This document shows positions 49,987-62,150 of a stretch of DNA of 64,000 nt, in pieces (the first letter of the stretch is position 1; the number at the start of each line of letters is the position of its first letter). The position numbers were made by a program, and so were the translations under genes. Below the pieces are notes generated by a model. The model did no database searches, was not told where the DNA came from, and saw nothing but the letters and a program-made list of their open reading frames with translations. Source of the DNA: Felis catus (Eukaryota); contig NC_058383.1 of NCBI RefSeq assembly GCF_018350175.1, positions 20,276,001-20,340,000 of the forward strand, given 5' to 3'.

Positions 49987-51033
49987 GCCCGCGCGTATCT
50001 CTCCAGCTCTTGCTTCCCGTGATATAGCAACAGGGGGGCCACACGGCGACAGCATCCATGCCCCTGGGTCCCTGAGTGACCATGTGGAGCAGAACTCCTT
50101 GCCAATGTAAACTGGACCCTTAGCCTGAGTGACACATAGACTGCCATTGAGGGAAACCACTGAGATTTTAGGGTTAATTGGTTAACTACAGCATACCCTA
50201 GAAACTCCTGACCAAAATACAACCTGCCATGGTTGATTTGAGGACCATTGGAAGGTTCTCAAGCAAAAACGTCCAACTCCGATGGGATGCCAGATGTCGA
50301 GCACGTGCTCAGCGGTTACCAACACCTCTTCCTTTATACCCAGTTTTCTGTTGCGTGGATGGCAGCCATCTTTCCGGTTCGCCAAGGCCAAGTCCCCCCC
50401 CTCCCTTTCTTCCCCCACACGCAAAAACCCATTTCGGGAAACCTGTGTCTGTGAGACCTCCAAATGAGGGCGGGAGAATTTTCCGCTTGGCATAATGTTC
50501 CTTCTTTTTTAAAAGGATTCGGCCTAAGAGTCCTCGGAAACAGCAGGTGCACCTGCACAATGGATGCGTCTGCTGATAAACGGGCGGTGAAAGCCACCTG
50601 TTCTGGAACCTGGAAATTGTGTGTCACCACATGAGCAGCTGGCTGCAGGTGCCATTGGAGACGCGCAAAGGTGCTGTTATGACACAAGCCCCGGGACCTG
50701 AAGCACGAGGCCTCCCGGAGCGACAGGCAGCAAGCCCCAGCACTCTGGGATCTCTGACGCCATGATTTTATTGTCACTGAACGATGCGGTGTCCAGGCCA
50801 CAGCAATGGTGGCATCCTTGCAGCGACAGAGCTGTAAGTACATCGAGACCGGTGCCCGCCAGGAACAGCAGGCTCACTCCCCGCTGCGTGCTTACCACCC
50901 GTGTGAGTTTAGGCAAGAGAATTAACCTCTCTGAACTTCAGCCTTCATCTGCAGGATAAGGAGCAATTATGCCCTCCTCCTGGGTCCCTGGGAAACGGAG
51001 TGAGATATACTAGAGAAGCAATTACCGCAATGC

Positions 51034-51618
51034 TGTTAAAAAGGAAACCTCACGACGCCTGGGGGACTCAGTCAGTTGAGCGTCTGACTCTTGATTTCAG
51101 CTCAGGTCATGATCTCACGGTGGTGAGGTCTCTGCACTGAGTGCAGAGCCTGCTTGGGATTCTCTCTCTCTCTCTCTCTCTCTCTGCCCCTCCCCCTCTT
51201 GTGCTCTCTCTGTCTCTCTTGAAATGAATAAATAAGCTTAAAAAAAAAAGGAAACCTCAGGACCCAAATGGTGTCATTGACGTTAAGACCCCAAGTCTGT
51301 AAACCAAGACTTAACATCTAACCTACAACTTCCCAGAAGCATAGCCTTGAACTGGTCACCATGGGACTTCCCTGTTCAGCACCAGGAACTTGACTGAAAG
51401 ACCCCCTTTCTGTTCCCCATTACTTGCCTCGAGTAATGGATTCCTGGCTACCAATTTCCTTTTTTTCTGCTTCCTCTCTGCCTTGACACACCTTTCCTTT
51501 CCTGGAGCCCTTTGGAGCTCCCCTCTACCTCCGGAACGGGACGCTGCCCGATTCGTAAATCGGTGAACACAGCCGATTCGATCCTTCAGATTTAACTCAG
51601 GTTGGATTTTTGTGAACG
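51034..51618 (+). mobile_element. ERV1 solo LTR (MER34-like/carnivore), split by a SINE
   Basis: TGTTAAAAAGGAAACCTCA|GGACCCAAATGGTGTCA start; CTTTGGAGCTCCCCTCTAC...GGGACGCTGCCCGATTC...GATTTTTG end. Confidence 0.65.
51053..51244 (+). mobile_element. Can-SINE
   Basis: TSD AAAAAGGAAACCTCA. Confidence 0.92.
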
Positions 51619-52018
51619 GCACCTTCTCAACGCACGTTTTCAATAACGGTTATGACCACGGCCACCACCATTGTTGTCTTGGGTGCCCCGTCTGCTGCAT
51701 CACCCGTGTATCGCCTTCCACGGCTGCACGGACTGCGGTGAACTGCTAACAACTACACCTTAGAGGAAATTCTCCAAGCTGTTCCGCTATCTTGCCAAGA
51801 GTTAACTACATGTTTTCACAAAAGTTATCACCATCATTCTTCTAAAACCTCTGTGTAATCCTTCAAACTGTATAGCTAGAGACGCATCGGCGCAGGAAGG
51901 TGAAGTAATTCCTCGCAGATTAAACAATTCCTAGCGTCTACATTTTACATTTGGGAAGTGCCAACTGAGATCCTCTGATCCTACGGTGCTGGCTCTGCCC
52001 GCTCTTAGTTACAATTTC

Positions 52019-52238
52019 TTTCCTTTTAAAAAATTTTTAACACTTAACTCATTTTTGAGAGACAGAGACAGAACGTGAGTGGGGGAGGGGCAGAGAGAAG
52101 GAGACACAGAATCCAAAGCAGGCTCCAGGTCCTGAGCTGTCAGCACAGAGTCTGACGCGGGGCTCGAACTCACCAACCACTAGATGATGACCTGAGCCGA
52201 AGTCGGATGCTTAACCGACTGAGCCACCCAGGCACCCC
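52019..52238 (-). mobile_element. Can-SINE
   Basis: Full body; TSD GTTA(C/T)AATTTC. Confidence 0.93.
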
Positions 52239-52334
52239 TCTTCGTTATAATTTCAAGGGACTTGAGATAGCCACCCTGAGATATGGGCACTCTCTTTCCC
52301 TGGCCTATGTAATTTTGGCCAAAATGCATCCCTT

Positions 52335-52575
52335 GTTTGTTTATTTTTTTTTTTAATTTTTTTAACGTGTATTTATTTTTGAGAGACAGAGAGGGACAGA
52401 GCATGAAGGGGCAAGGAGCAGAGAGAGAGGGAGACACAGAATCCGAAGCAGGCTCCAGGCTCTAAGTTGTCACCACAGGGCCGGATGCGGGGCTCGAACT
52501 CATGAACTGTGAGATCATGACCTGAGCCGAAACCAAGAGTTGGACTGTTCACAGACTGAGCCATCCAGGCGCCCC
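52335..52575 (-). mobile_element. Can-SINE
   Basis: Full body ending GCCATCCAGGCGCCCC. Confidence 0.93.
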
Positions 52576-55383
52576 TTCCCTGAGCTTTAATTCAAAAATG
52601 CATTCACAGACATGATCTCGTTGGAGTCTGGGAGTGACTGTCTTGTCCAAGAGAGGGTCATTCATTCTCTCTTTCCGGACGAGGAGATTAAGTCTCAAAG
52701 CAATCAGGTGGCCCGCCTGGGGTCGCAGCCTCCTCAGATACGCAGCCCAAGACGCCTTCTCTTACGTCCGCCAACACATAGGCCGTCTGTAATTGTGCGC
52801 GAATCATCATAATGAGCGAAAGTAATATGACATTTTTGTTTCCAAGTGCATCACGAGAAGGACAAAGCACTCTACATTTTTATGCAGCCAAGCTCTTTTC
52901 CAACTATTTTGTTTCCTTACTGTGAAGAAAATGCAAGAGGAAATGCATTCACGCTAGGAAATAACCCCCAAGGGTATACCAATGAACTCTCTCGCCTAAA
53001 AATAAACTCAATTTGGGGAGAACCACCTGCTGTTTCGTATAAAGTGGCCCAGAAACAGATCCGAAAGCCCCGGGGAATTGCTCTCTCTTTCACTTTCTTT
53101 CCAAGCCCTCCCCATTCTCTCCGTTTTTACATCGATGTCACTGAGGCATAATTAACGTACGAGAAAAATGCATATATTTTAAGTATCCAGGTTTATGAAT
53201 TTGGCAAATAGGTAGACCTCTGGAACCATCATCCCGATAAAGAAATACAATGTTTCTGTCGCCTCAGATAAGTTTGCTTCTGAGTCTCTGCAGTAAATCT
53301 CTCTTGACCACATCCCAGGCAGCAACTGATCTGATTTCTACCACCACAGACTCGTTTTGCCCAATTTTCAAATAAATGGGATCGTGGGGTGTTTGTTTGT
53401 TTGCCTGTTTGTATCTGACCTCCTTGCTCAGTATGATGTTTCTGAGTTTCATCCGTTCTACTGTATGTATCCATAATTTGTTCTTTTACGTTGCTAAAAA
53501 GTATCCAATGTACAAACCCGTCACTGTTATTAATGAATTCACCTGCCGATGGGCACTTGGTTTTTTCCAGTCTTCAGGTATTATGAGGAATGCGGCTATG
53601 AAATATTGACTACCAGGCTTTTTGTGAGCATATAGTTTTATCTCTCTTGTGAATTGCTAGGACGGATAGGAAATGTGTGTTTAACTTTGTAAGAAGCCAG
53701 CAAATATTTTCCCAAAGTGGTTGCAAAGTATGAGGCTTGTAATTCAACACATCCTTCATTTCTCTCCTCTCCCAACACACCCTCAGGCAACCACTGGTCT
53801 CCTTCCTGTCCCCGGAGATTTGTTGCCATTCTGTAGAATTCTGCATCAATGGAATCCCACAGTGTGTACTCCTTTGTCTGGCTCTTTCGCTCAGCATAAT
53901 GGCTTTGAGATTCGTCTGTTTTCACATGCACTGCTATTTTATTACTCGTTACTGTGGACTAGTATACCATTGTGTGCACGTACCACAGTGTGTGTATCCA
54001 TCAAACTGGTGATGGGCATGTGAGTTATTTCCCCTCTTTGACTATTACAAATAATGTAGCACTCAACTTTCACTTACAAGTCGTTGTGTGGACACATGCT
54101 TTCATTTGTGAGTGAACACCTAGGAGTGGAAGAGCTGGGCCATATGGTTGGTGCCCAGTTAGCTTTTTAAGACACTGCCATATTGTTTTCCGAGGGGGTT
54201 ACACAATTTTGCTTTCCCACCAGCAGCGTATGAGACATCTAGTTGCTTCTGACCCTTACCAGTCTGGGCATGATCATTCTGTATACATTTAGGCATTCTA
54301 GAAGGGATGAAGTAATATCTCCTTAGGTTTTAATTTGAATTTCCCCAATGGCTAATCATGTTGTATATCTTTTCATGTGCGTGTGACATGTCTGCTCAAA
54401 CCTGCTGCCTTCAAAAAAAAATTGGGGATATCTGTCTTCTTCCAGAGTTGTCAAACTTCTTTATATTTTTTTAAGATGTAAGTCTTTTGATGAGTATATG
54501 TTTTGTAAATATTTTCTGTCTGTGACTTGCCTTTTCATTTTTATAATAAAGATCTTTCGTGTGGCCAAAGTTTTAAACTAGGATAAAGGCCAAATTACCA
54601 ATTTACTTTTGTGAATTGAGTTTTTAGTACCATTTATAAGCAATATTTCCCTAATGCAAAAATGGAGACATTTCTACCTATTCACCTTCTAAAAATATTG
54701 TAGTTTTAAGATTTGCATTTAGGTCTATAATTTATTGGGATTTAATTTTTATGTGGCATAGGATACACGATGAAGGTTCAGGGTTTTTTTGTTTTTGTTT
54801 TTTTGCATTCGGGTATCCGGTTTTTCTAGGACCATTTTTTTAATGTAACTACTATTAGATTTCATGGAATTGCTTCCATGTACCATTTTTTTTTTTTGAA
54901 AATCAATCGATCATATATGTGTGAATCTATTTCTGCACTTTAACCTATAATTCATTCCAATCCACTGGTTTTATTAATTCCACATTCTCCCTATTACTCT
55001 AGTTACAGTTTCAATGATTTATTTTTAAGTTTGGAAAGTGTCAGTTCTTCAACTCTGTTCAGTTTTTGAGAATGTTTGGATTCTCCTTCTTTTTTTTTCT
55101 TCTTAATTCCATAAATTTTGACTCGATTTGATGGCTTCTACAAAAAAAAAAAATCCTGGTAGGGATTTGAACTGCATTGAATCTCTGTGTGGGGACAACT
55201 GACCTCTTAGTCCTGTCTTATCTTCAATCTATGGACATGGGATTTCTAGTCATTCATTCACGTCGCCTTTGATTTCTTTCATTGGTGCTTTGTAGCTTTC
55301 GATGTACAGATATCACACATATTTGGTTAGGTTCTGTGTATCTTGCTACTGTAAATGGGACCATTTGTTAAATTTCACTTTCC

Positions 55384-55610
55384 GGGGGTGACTTGGTGGC
55401 TAAGTAGGTTAAGCATTTGACTTTGGCTCAGATCATGATCTCACGGTTCGAGAGTTCGAGCCCCGCTTCAGGCTCTGTGCTAATAGCTCAGAGCCTGGAG
55501 CCTGCTTCGGATTCTGTGTCCTCCTCTCTCTCTTTCTCACCCCTTGCTCATGTTCTGTCTCTCTCAGTCTCTCAAAAAAGAATAAATGTTAAAAAAAAAA
55601 ATTTAAAAAA
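55384..55610 (+). mobile_element. Can-SINE (first unit of composite insertion)
   Basis: Full SINE immediately after AAATTTCACTTTC. Confidence 0.92.
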
Positions 55611-55677
55611 AGAATCTCTGGGTGGGGGGCATACGGTATTGATAGTATTTAAGAGCTCCTTAGAAAAAATTAGAGGA

Positions 55678-55896
55678 GGGTCCCCTGGGTGGCTCAGTCG
55701 ATGAGGTGACCTACTTGAGCTCAGGTCATGATCTCACAGTTCGTGGGTTAGAGCCCCACGTCAGGCTCTGTGCTGACAGCTCAGAGCCTGGAGCCTGCTT
55801 CGGATTCTGTGTCTCCCTTTTTCTCTGCCCCTCCCCCACTCACGGTCTGTCTCTTGCTCTCAAAAATAAACAAACATTAAAAGAATTAAAATTTAA
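55678..55896 (+). mobile_element. Can-SINE (second unit of composite insertion)
   Basis: Full SINE immediately before AAATTTCACTTTC. Confidence 0.92.
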
Positions 55897-56497
55897 AAAT
55901 TTCACTTTCAACTATTTATAAACACTGTAGATTTGTCTGTTGGCCTGGTGTCCTGAAATCTTGCCAAACTCATTGATTAGCTCAAATAACTTACTAGATT
56001 CTTTAAGATTTTCTATGTGGACAATCACATAATTTTGGATAGAGACCATTTATCTTTTTATTTCAACGTGGATGCTTTTATTTATTTTTCTTGCCTTATT
56101 AGACTAGCCAGGACTTCATTATAATTTTGGATACAAGAGGTGGGAATAAACAAATGTGCTTTATTTCAGATATTAAATGGGAAAGCATCTGTTCATTCAC
56201 CATTGACTATAATGCTGTCCGGAGGGTGTTTGGTTCGTTGTTGGTTTTTTTGCTGTGGATGCCCTTTATAGGGTTGAGGAGGTTCTCTTCTGTTTCTAAA
56301 AATCACGATGATTTTAGAATTCTGTCCAAAACTTTTTGGTTTTTTTGAAACTATTGAGATAATTGTATTTTTTGTTTGTTTGTTTGTTTGTTTTGCCTTT
56401 TGGTTTTTTAGTCTGTTAACAGAGTGAATTACATTGATTGACTTTTGTGTGTCGAACCAACGCTGTGTCTTTGGATGAACCCCATTCGATCATTTCT

Positions 56498-56982
56498 TGG
56501 TTAATTTTATGGCTCGACTTGACCGGGCTAAGGGATGCTCACATAACTGGTATTATTTCTGGGTGTGTCTGTGAGATTCCAGAAGAGACTAGCATCTGAA
56601 TTAGCAGACTGAGTAAAGACCACCCTTCCCAAAGCATGTGGGCAGCCTCCTATCCGGGGAGGGCCTGTATAGAACCAAAGAGGGAGGTAAGGCAAATTTA
56701 CTGTCTTCCTCAGCTGGGACATTCATCGTCTCCTGCACACAGAGTTGGCATTCCTGGTTCTCAGCACCTGAATTAAAACATTACGCCCTTAGCTCCTCTG
56801 TTTCTCAGGCTTTTGAGTTTGAGCTGGAACTACACCAGCAGCTTTCCTGGGTCTCCACACTTCCGACACCAGGGCATGGGACTTCTCAGCCCCCATAATC
56901 ATGTGAATCAATCCCTTATAACAAATCTTTACCTATATCTATCCTATGGGTTCTGTTTCTCCGGAGAACCCTGACCGTATCA
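56498..56982 (+). mobile_element. MLT2 (C/D-like) ERVL solo LTR
   Basis: TGGTTAATTTTATG...GGGACTTCTCAGCCCCCATAATCATGTGA...GGTTCTGTTTCTCCGGAGAACCCTGAC. Confidence 0.92.
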
Positions 56983-58173
56983 ACCTCATCGTGTGTTTTC
57001 CTTTTCGTATATTACTAAATTCATTTTGTTAACACCTAGTTCAGGGTTTTTGTGTCTGTGTACATGAGGGGTATCGACTTTTGGTTTTCTTTTGAAGTGC
57101 AAAAGTTTTTATTTCTCATGAGATTGACTTTTTTTTTCCTTCTTCTTCCTTTATAGACCATGATTTTATTGTCATATCTAAGAAACCTTTGCCTGCGCCC
57201 AAGGACTTACAGATTTTCTTTTATGTTTCCTTATAAAATACTATTGTTTTCACTCTTACATTTAAGTCTATCTACATGCTATTTTTTTCTCTGGATACTT
57301 TCAAGTTTTTTCTCGGATCTCAGCCGTTGGACTATTTTATGCATCACTGTTCTTGTTTTGCTTGCTGCTTGGTCTTGCCAGAGTTCTTGGATCTATAAGT
57401 CATGTTTTTAATAAATTTGGGGAATTTTCTGGCATATTTCTTCCTCTATGTTTTTCTCTCTTTTTCTCACTCTCCTCTACTTCTGGTACCACAATGACAC
57501 ATATGTCAACTATATTGTTTCACAGTGCCAACGGTTCTCTTCATCTTTCTGCAGTTTTTTTTTCTCTTTTTTCTTTTCTGCACGTCTAGCAACTTTTGCT
57601 CATGCGCTGGAAAGTGTCAAAGACTTGTTGTGGACACACGGGATTCTCATCCCCCCCCACCTTAAGAATTTCTTGTGTTGTCGTTAAACAACCCGCTTAC
57701 TGATTTACCACACCTTGAACTTGCATAAGCTGAATTTCGTGTGGCTAGTGCAGATCTGTGGAAGGGCCAAAGTTTTCTAGGTCCCGCTAACTTGTAAGAT
57801 TATAACCACCAAACTCTGTCTCCCTTGCAATCCTGTTAGCGCGTCACTGTAGTTTGTGAGGGCAGGTCTAGAGAGGTCTTACTCTGGGGTGGTAATATTC
57901 CTCTGAAGCTATGCCCTTTCTGATAGCTCTCACTAAAAGGGTGGGCTACGGGTAAACAGCAAGTTGTTAATGAATGAAGTCTCTTTTCTGACCAAGCTGG
58001 CATTCTAACATCCCCTTTGTATTCTGGCCACGGGTTTCTCAGTTTTACTCACAACCTCGTAGAAGCCACTCCCTTGTAAGCCTCACATGGTCTCTCCCTG
58101 TGTAGACGTAACCTAGCTTTCAGCTAAGGACTCATGGAGACCCCTTACGCAGATTTCCGGGGCACTATTCTTT

Positions 58174-58387
58174 AATTTTTTAAACTTTATTCATTTTTGA
58201 GAGACAGAGAGAGAAAGAGCGAGAGCGGGGAAGGGGCAGAGAGAGAGAGGGAGACACAGAATCAGAAGCAGGCTCCAGGCTCCGAGCTGTCAGCACAGAG
58301 CCCGACGCGGGGCTCGAATTCACAGCCGTGAGACCATGACTTGAGCCGAAGTTGGATGCTGAACCGACGGAGCCACCCAGGCACCCC
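58174..58387 (-). mobile_element. Can-SINE
   Basis: TSD GGGGCACTATTCTTT. Confidence 0.95.
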
Positions 58388-58805
58388 TGGGGCACTATTC
58401 TTTTCATCTCTCTGTCTTATTTATGGGTGTCACAGTTTCCAGCTCCATCAGCCACCCCAGAGGCTATTTTCTGCTTCCTTGGCACCTTGCGGCCAATGAA
58501 CTCCACTTGGACTACAGCTCATTCCGTTCCATTGGGAAATTATCCCCAGTCAGAGAGCTAGGGCCATTGTGGGACTTGCCTTGTGAATTTTATTTCAGGG
58601 GTTTGTAGTCTTATGCTGCTTGCTGTTCAATTCTTGAAAACTGTGGCCTCATTTATATTGTTGGCTTTCAGAGTTGCTTATACTGGGAAGGCAGGTCTGC
58701 CCACCAATTAACTCTGTCATAGCTGGAAACAGAAATTCTTTTGCAACTTTTTCTTGACCATCAAGCATAAAGACGGCAAACAGGTTAATCTCGTCTGCCT
58801 ATCTT

Positions 58806-59029
58806 TTTTTTTTTTCAACGTTTTTTTTTTTTTTATTTATTTTTGGGATAGAGAGAGACAGAGCATGAACGGGGGAGGGGCAGAGAGAGAGGGAGACACA
58901 GAATCGGAAACAGGCTCCAGGCTCCGAGCCATCAGCCCAGAGCCCGACGCGGGGCTCGAACTCACGGACCGCGAGATCGTGACCTGGCTGAAGTCGGACG
59001 CTTAACCGACTGCGCCATCCAGGCGCCCC
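58806..59029 (-). mobile_element. Can-SINE, young SINEC_Fc type
   Basis: Near-consensus; perfect TSD TCGTCTGCCTATCTT. Confidence 0.97.
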
Positions 59030-59999
59030 ATCGTCTGCCTATCTTAATTCATTTGTCATACATTGAGCCTGGGTCCCAAGTTTTGGAGATGATTCGTAAC
59101 TTCTTCCACAGATGACGATGGTTAAAGCGGGGACTCATATCACTTCCCAGTGGAGAGCCCTTTTCTTGAGTCTTAAATGAGGAAGAACGTTCTTCAAAGA
59201 TCATCTGGTTTTTGGACAGTCAGTCCTTTTGGATTAATGGAGTTGCGTTTTATTTTGGCCCAAACACTCCCATGGCCCTGATATCATGTTGAGAATTTAA
59301 TTCTTGGCTTTCTGTGTTCCAGACTTCGTGTGGACAGTTCCCCGTGGGGTAGAGACTTCTAGCGCTCTCCCTGGAAACACGGGAAGGCCACGACGCTGAG
59401 CTCGTGGAAGGCGTTAACACCTGGCAGGTCAAGATGGACCACGTGACTGGACCCAGGGAAGGCAATGTGGGCAGAAACTATAGGTGTCACTTATGAGTTG
59501 AAGCCTTAAACAGCTGATGTACCGCCTCATGTGGATGCTCACACCACGGTGATCCTGGAAGCCACCTGTTAAAGTGGTGGCAAGAAACAAAGGCTGGATC
59601 CCTGAGTCACGGGATGGAATGCAGCTCTCAGCAATCCAAAGCAGCCCTTTTGAAAGTGGGAAAGTAACCTGTATTCTGCTGGACTACTGAGAGTTGAGAG
59701 CTTATCTGTCGCAGTAGCTATTTGGTCGTTTTTTAGTCTATGGTACTGTGTTCCTTCACAAATTCTGTCTCTGTTCCAGCACACAGCAGTATTCATCCTT
59801 CTTACTCATCATCCTCGGATTGAAATTCTAAACCCTTAAGGTGACTTGGCAAATGGCTCAAGTTCTCCCATCGTCCGTGAACGTTACTAACTGTGACCTC
59901 GGAGACTCTAAGGTCTGCATTCCTGTGCAATGGTATGGATCTATCACTTCTGGTCTCGCCCTCAGTGATCAGGTAAGTGTTCCTGTTCTTCAAGGACCT

Positions 60000-60016
60000 T
60001 TTTTTTTCTGAGAAAG

Positions 60017-60050
<34 letters not shown>

Positions 60051-60217
60051 GGAGAGGGGCCGAGGGAAAAAGAGAAAGAGAGAGAGAGAGAATCTTTAAG
60101 CAGGCTGCACACTCAGTGAGGAGCCCAACGTGAGGCTCAATGCCTCGACCGTGAGATCATGACCTGAGCTAAAATTAAGAGTCAGACACTTAACCAACCG
60201 AGCCACCCAGGTGCCCC
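60000..60217 (-). mobile_element. Can-SINE with long (GA)n
   Basis: GAATCTTTAAGCAGGCTGCACACTCAG...GCCACCCAGGTGCCCC; TSD GGACCTT. Confidence 0.92.
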
Positions 60218-60554
60218 TCGTGGACCTTATTTTTAAGCTGAAGTCTTACTCAAGCCTAATATCCCAAGAGAGAGAACAGGGATATTTCACAGAAATTAAT
60301 TATGGCCTCGAGTGCCAGAGGCAAGTTTCCTGAGGCAAATCCCTTGAGTACTGTGACATGATTTTCTTAAATTATAGCACCTCTCTATCTGAGTCAAGTC
60401 CAGATGGAGACATGGTCACGTCCCCAAGGTAGGAAGTAGAGGATGTAGACCAATAATCTTTATTAAGTCAAACTTCCCTGCATGATTTAGATTATTCCAA
60501 GAAAATGCATCTAAAAGTTTTGGCAAATATTATCAAGCATCACACAGTTAGCAG

Positions 60555-60835
60555 CTCTCATCAACCTCAATCTCTAATGCCGACCATCAGCTTCGGCATC
60601 ACCATCACCATGAACATGACCATCAATACAGTTAAAACAAGTCCTATGTCTTTATTACCAACATATTAGCTCTCTTCCACATAACAGTCTCTTCTGCAGC
60701 TGTCCCCGTCATTGTCCCCATCAACTTTGGAATAATCAACTTTATAATCCATCATCATTATAGTATCTTTGCCCAAGGAAAAATCACCAACATCATCATC
60801 ATCAACTATACCTTTATCAGTTAATTCATTCATTA
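60555..60835. repeat. Degenerate (CAT/CAC)n low-complexity tract
   Basis: CATCACCATCACCATG...CATCATCATCATCAAC. Confidence 0.7.
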
Positions 60836-60915
60836 GACAAAGATTGTCTAACATGGTCAGGCACCATACCAGAGGCTTAAGGAACAGTAAAGAACACATC
60901 AGAAATGACCCCTGT

Positions 60916-61117
60916 GGGGCACCTGGGTGGCTCAGTTAGCTGAGCCTCTGACTTTGGCTCAGGTCATGATCGCACAGTTCGGGAGTTCAAGGCCCACACT
61001 GGGCTCGCTGCTGTCAGCACGGAGCCTGCTTTGGATCCTCTGTCCCCTATCTCTCTGCCCCTCACTCACTCATAAGCTCTCTCTCTCTCAAAAACAAATA
61101 AACATTAAAAAAAAAAA
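60916..61117 (+). mobile_element. Can-SINE
   Basis: TSD AGAAATGACCC. Confidence 0.93.
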
Positions 61118-61809
61118 GAAATGACCCGTGTCTGCCAGTGAAGACAGATATTGACAGGAAATACCATTGCTACAACCTTGTATACAGATACGGTTGTTGT
61201 AACAAGTCATAGGGACAACAGGGACCATCAGGGACAATCTCCGGGAAGAAGTGATTTTAAGCAGAGCCTTACAGGGTATATGGAAGTTAGCCAGACTAAG
61301 ATGATATGGAAACAGAGGAAATTTCAGGCTGAAGAACTAGGAATTCACAACAGAAACCAAAACCAAATGAAAAATACATGATGCTTTAGCCTCATCGGTA
61401 ATAAGCATTTATTTAAGAGGAAGTCTCCTGGTCACCTATCAAGTTGCCAAAGATTATTTAAATATTAACGCCCAATTTTGTTAGGATGGTCATCCGAGCA
61501 GAACTCTCTTCGACTACAGGATGTGTGTGACTCTCACAACTTTCTGGAGGGTGTTGTGCAAATACGTCAAGAACTTTTTTTCTCAATGTTCCAAGTTTTG
61601 AGACGATCTTCGAGGAATGTATCCTCATTTTTTAAAAAAATCTCACAGGCAAGAAAATGGTAAAAAGAAAAATCTGGTACAGCCAGCCCCATAATAAATG
61701 AATAAATGAATACCGCATACATAATTAAAGTTACAATTTTAAAGACTGTGTGTTAACATGGGAAATTACATAGGGTAGAATGTAAAACGACTAAAAATAG
61801 TGTATGAAT

Positions 61810-62150
61810 CAGCGTATACAGCTGTCGTGACTAATAGTTTCCCAGATCTCAATTGCCTAATGCCGCGAAGGTTTATTTCCTCGTCGTATCCCCGTTAGAT
61901 GCACATCGCGCAGCTCTTCTCTATGGGTCCCCTTTGAGTAGTGACCCAAGGACTCTAGGATGCCTCCACCATAGGACAAATGAGGGTGTGGCTCAAAGAG
62001 AGGATGTGGCTGGTTGCACAGGGAGTTCTGATACCAGTGCTGGAAATTTGTGTATCCTTTCCGTGCATTCTTTCGACCAGATTCAGTCTTATGGCCACGC
62101 TCGCTTTGAGGAAGGCGAAGAAACGGAGAGCAACACAGGGATAGTTGGGA
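61810..62150 (-). mobile_element. MLT1/LTR33-like LTR remnant
   Basis: CAGATCTCAATTGCCTAA...AAGGTTTATTTCCTC and CAGTCTTATGGCCAC. Confidence 0.5.

Larger units (their letters stand above)
48560..50220 (+). mobile_element. MLT1J/K-like MaLR LTR split by an L1 and SINEs
   Basis: Left half ...GCATTTAAAAGCCAGTGTG resumes at 49996 as ATCTCTCCAGCTCTTGCTTCCC...CCACTGAGATTT...CCTGACCAAAATACA. Confidence 0.7.
53125..58740 (-). mobile_element. Ancient, deleted but near end-to-end L1 (L1MC/MD/ME-like) with nested SINEs and an MLT2
   Basis: 3' UTR at 53130-54050; T-rich antisense ORF2 sequence (TTCCCACCAGCAGCGTATGAGA etc.) to ~57250; L1M-type 5' start on the minus strand (TTCCAGCTATGACAGAG...CTTCCCAGTATAAGCAACT) near 58735. 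Confidence 0.8.

Noticed and set aside
28850..56982. The two MLT2 LTRs as ends of one provirus
   Set aside because: They are in opposite orientation, 27 kb apart, clearly divergent and have no internal ERVL sequence; independent solo LTRs.
60666..60899. Asp-rich ORF
   Set aside because: Product of the degenerate (CAT)n tract.
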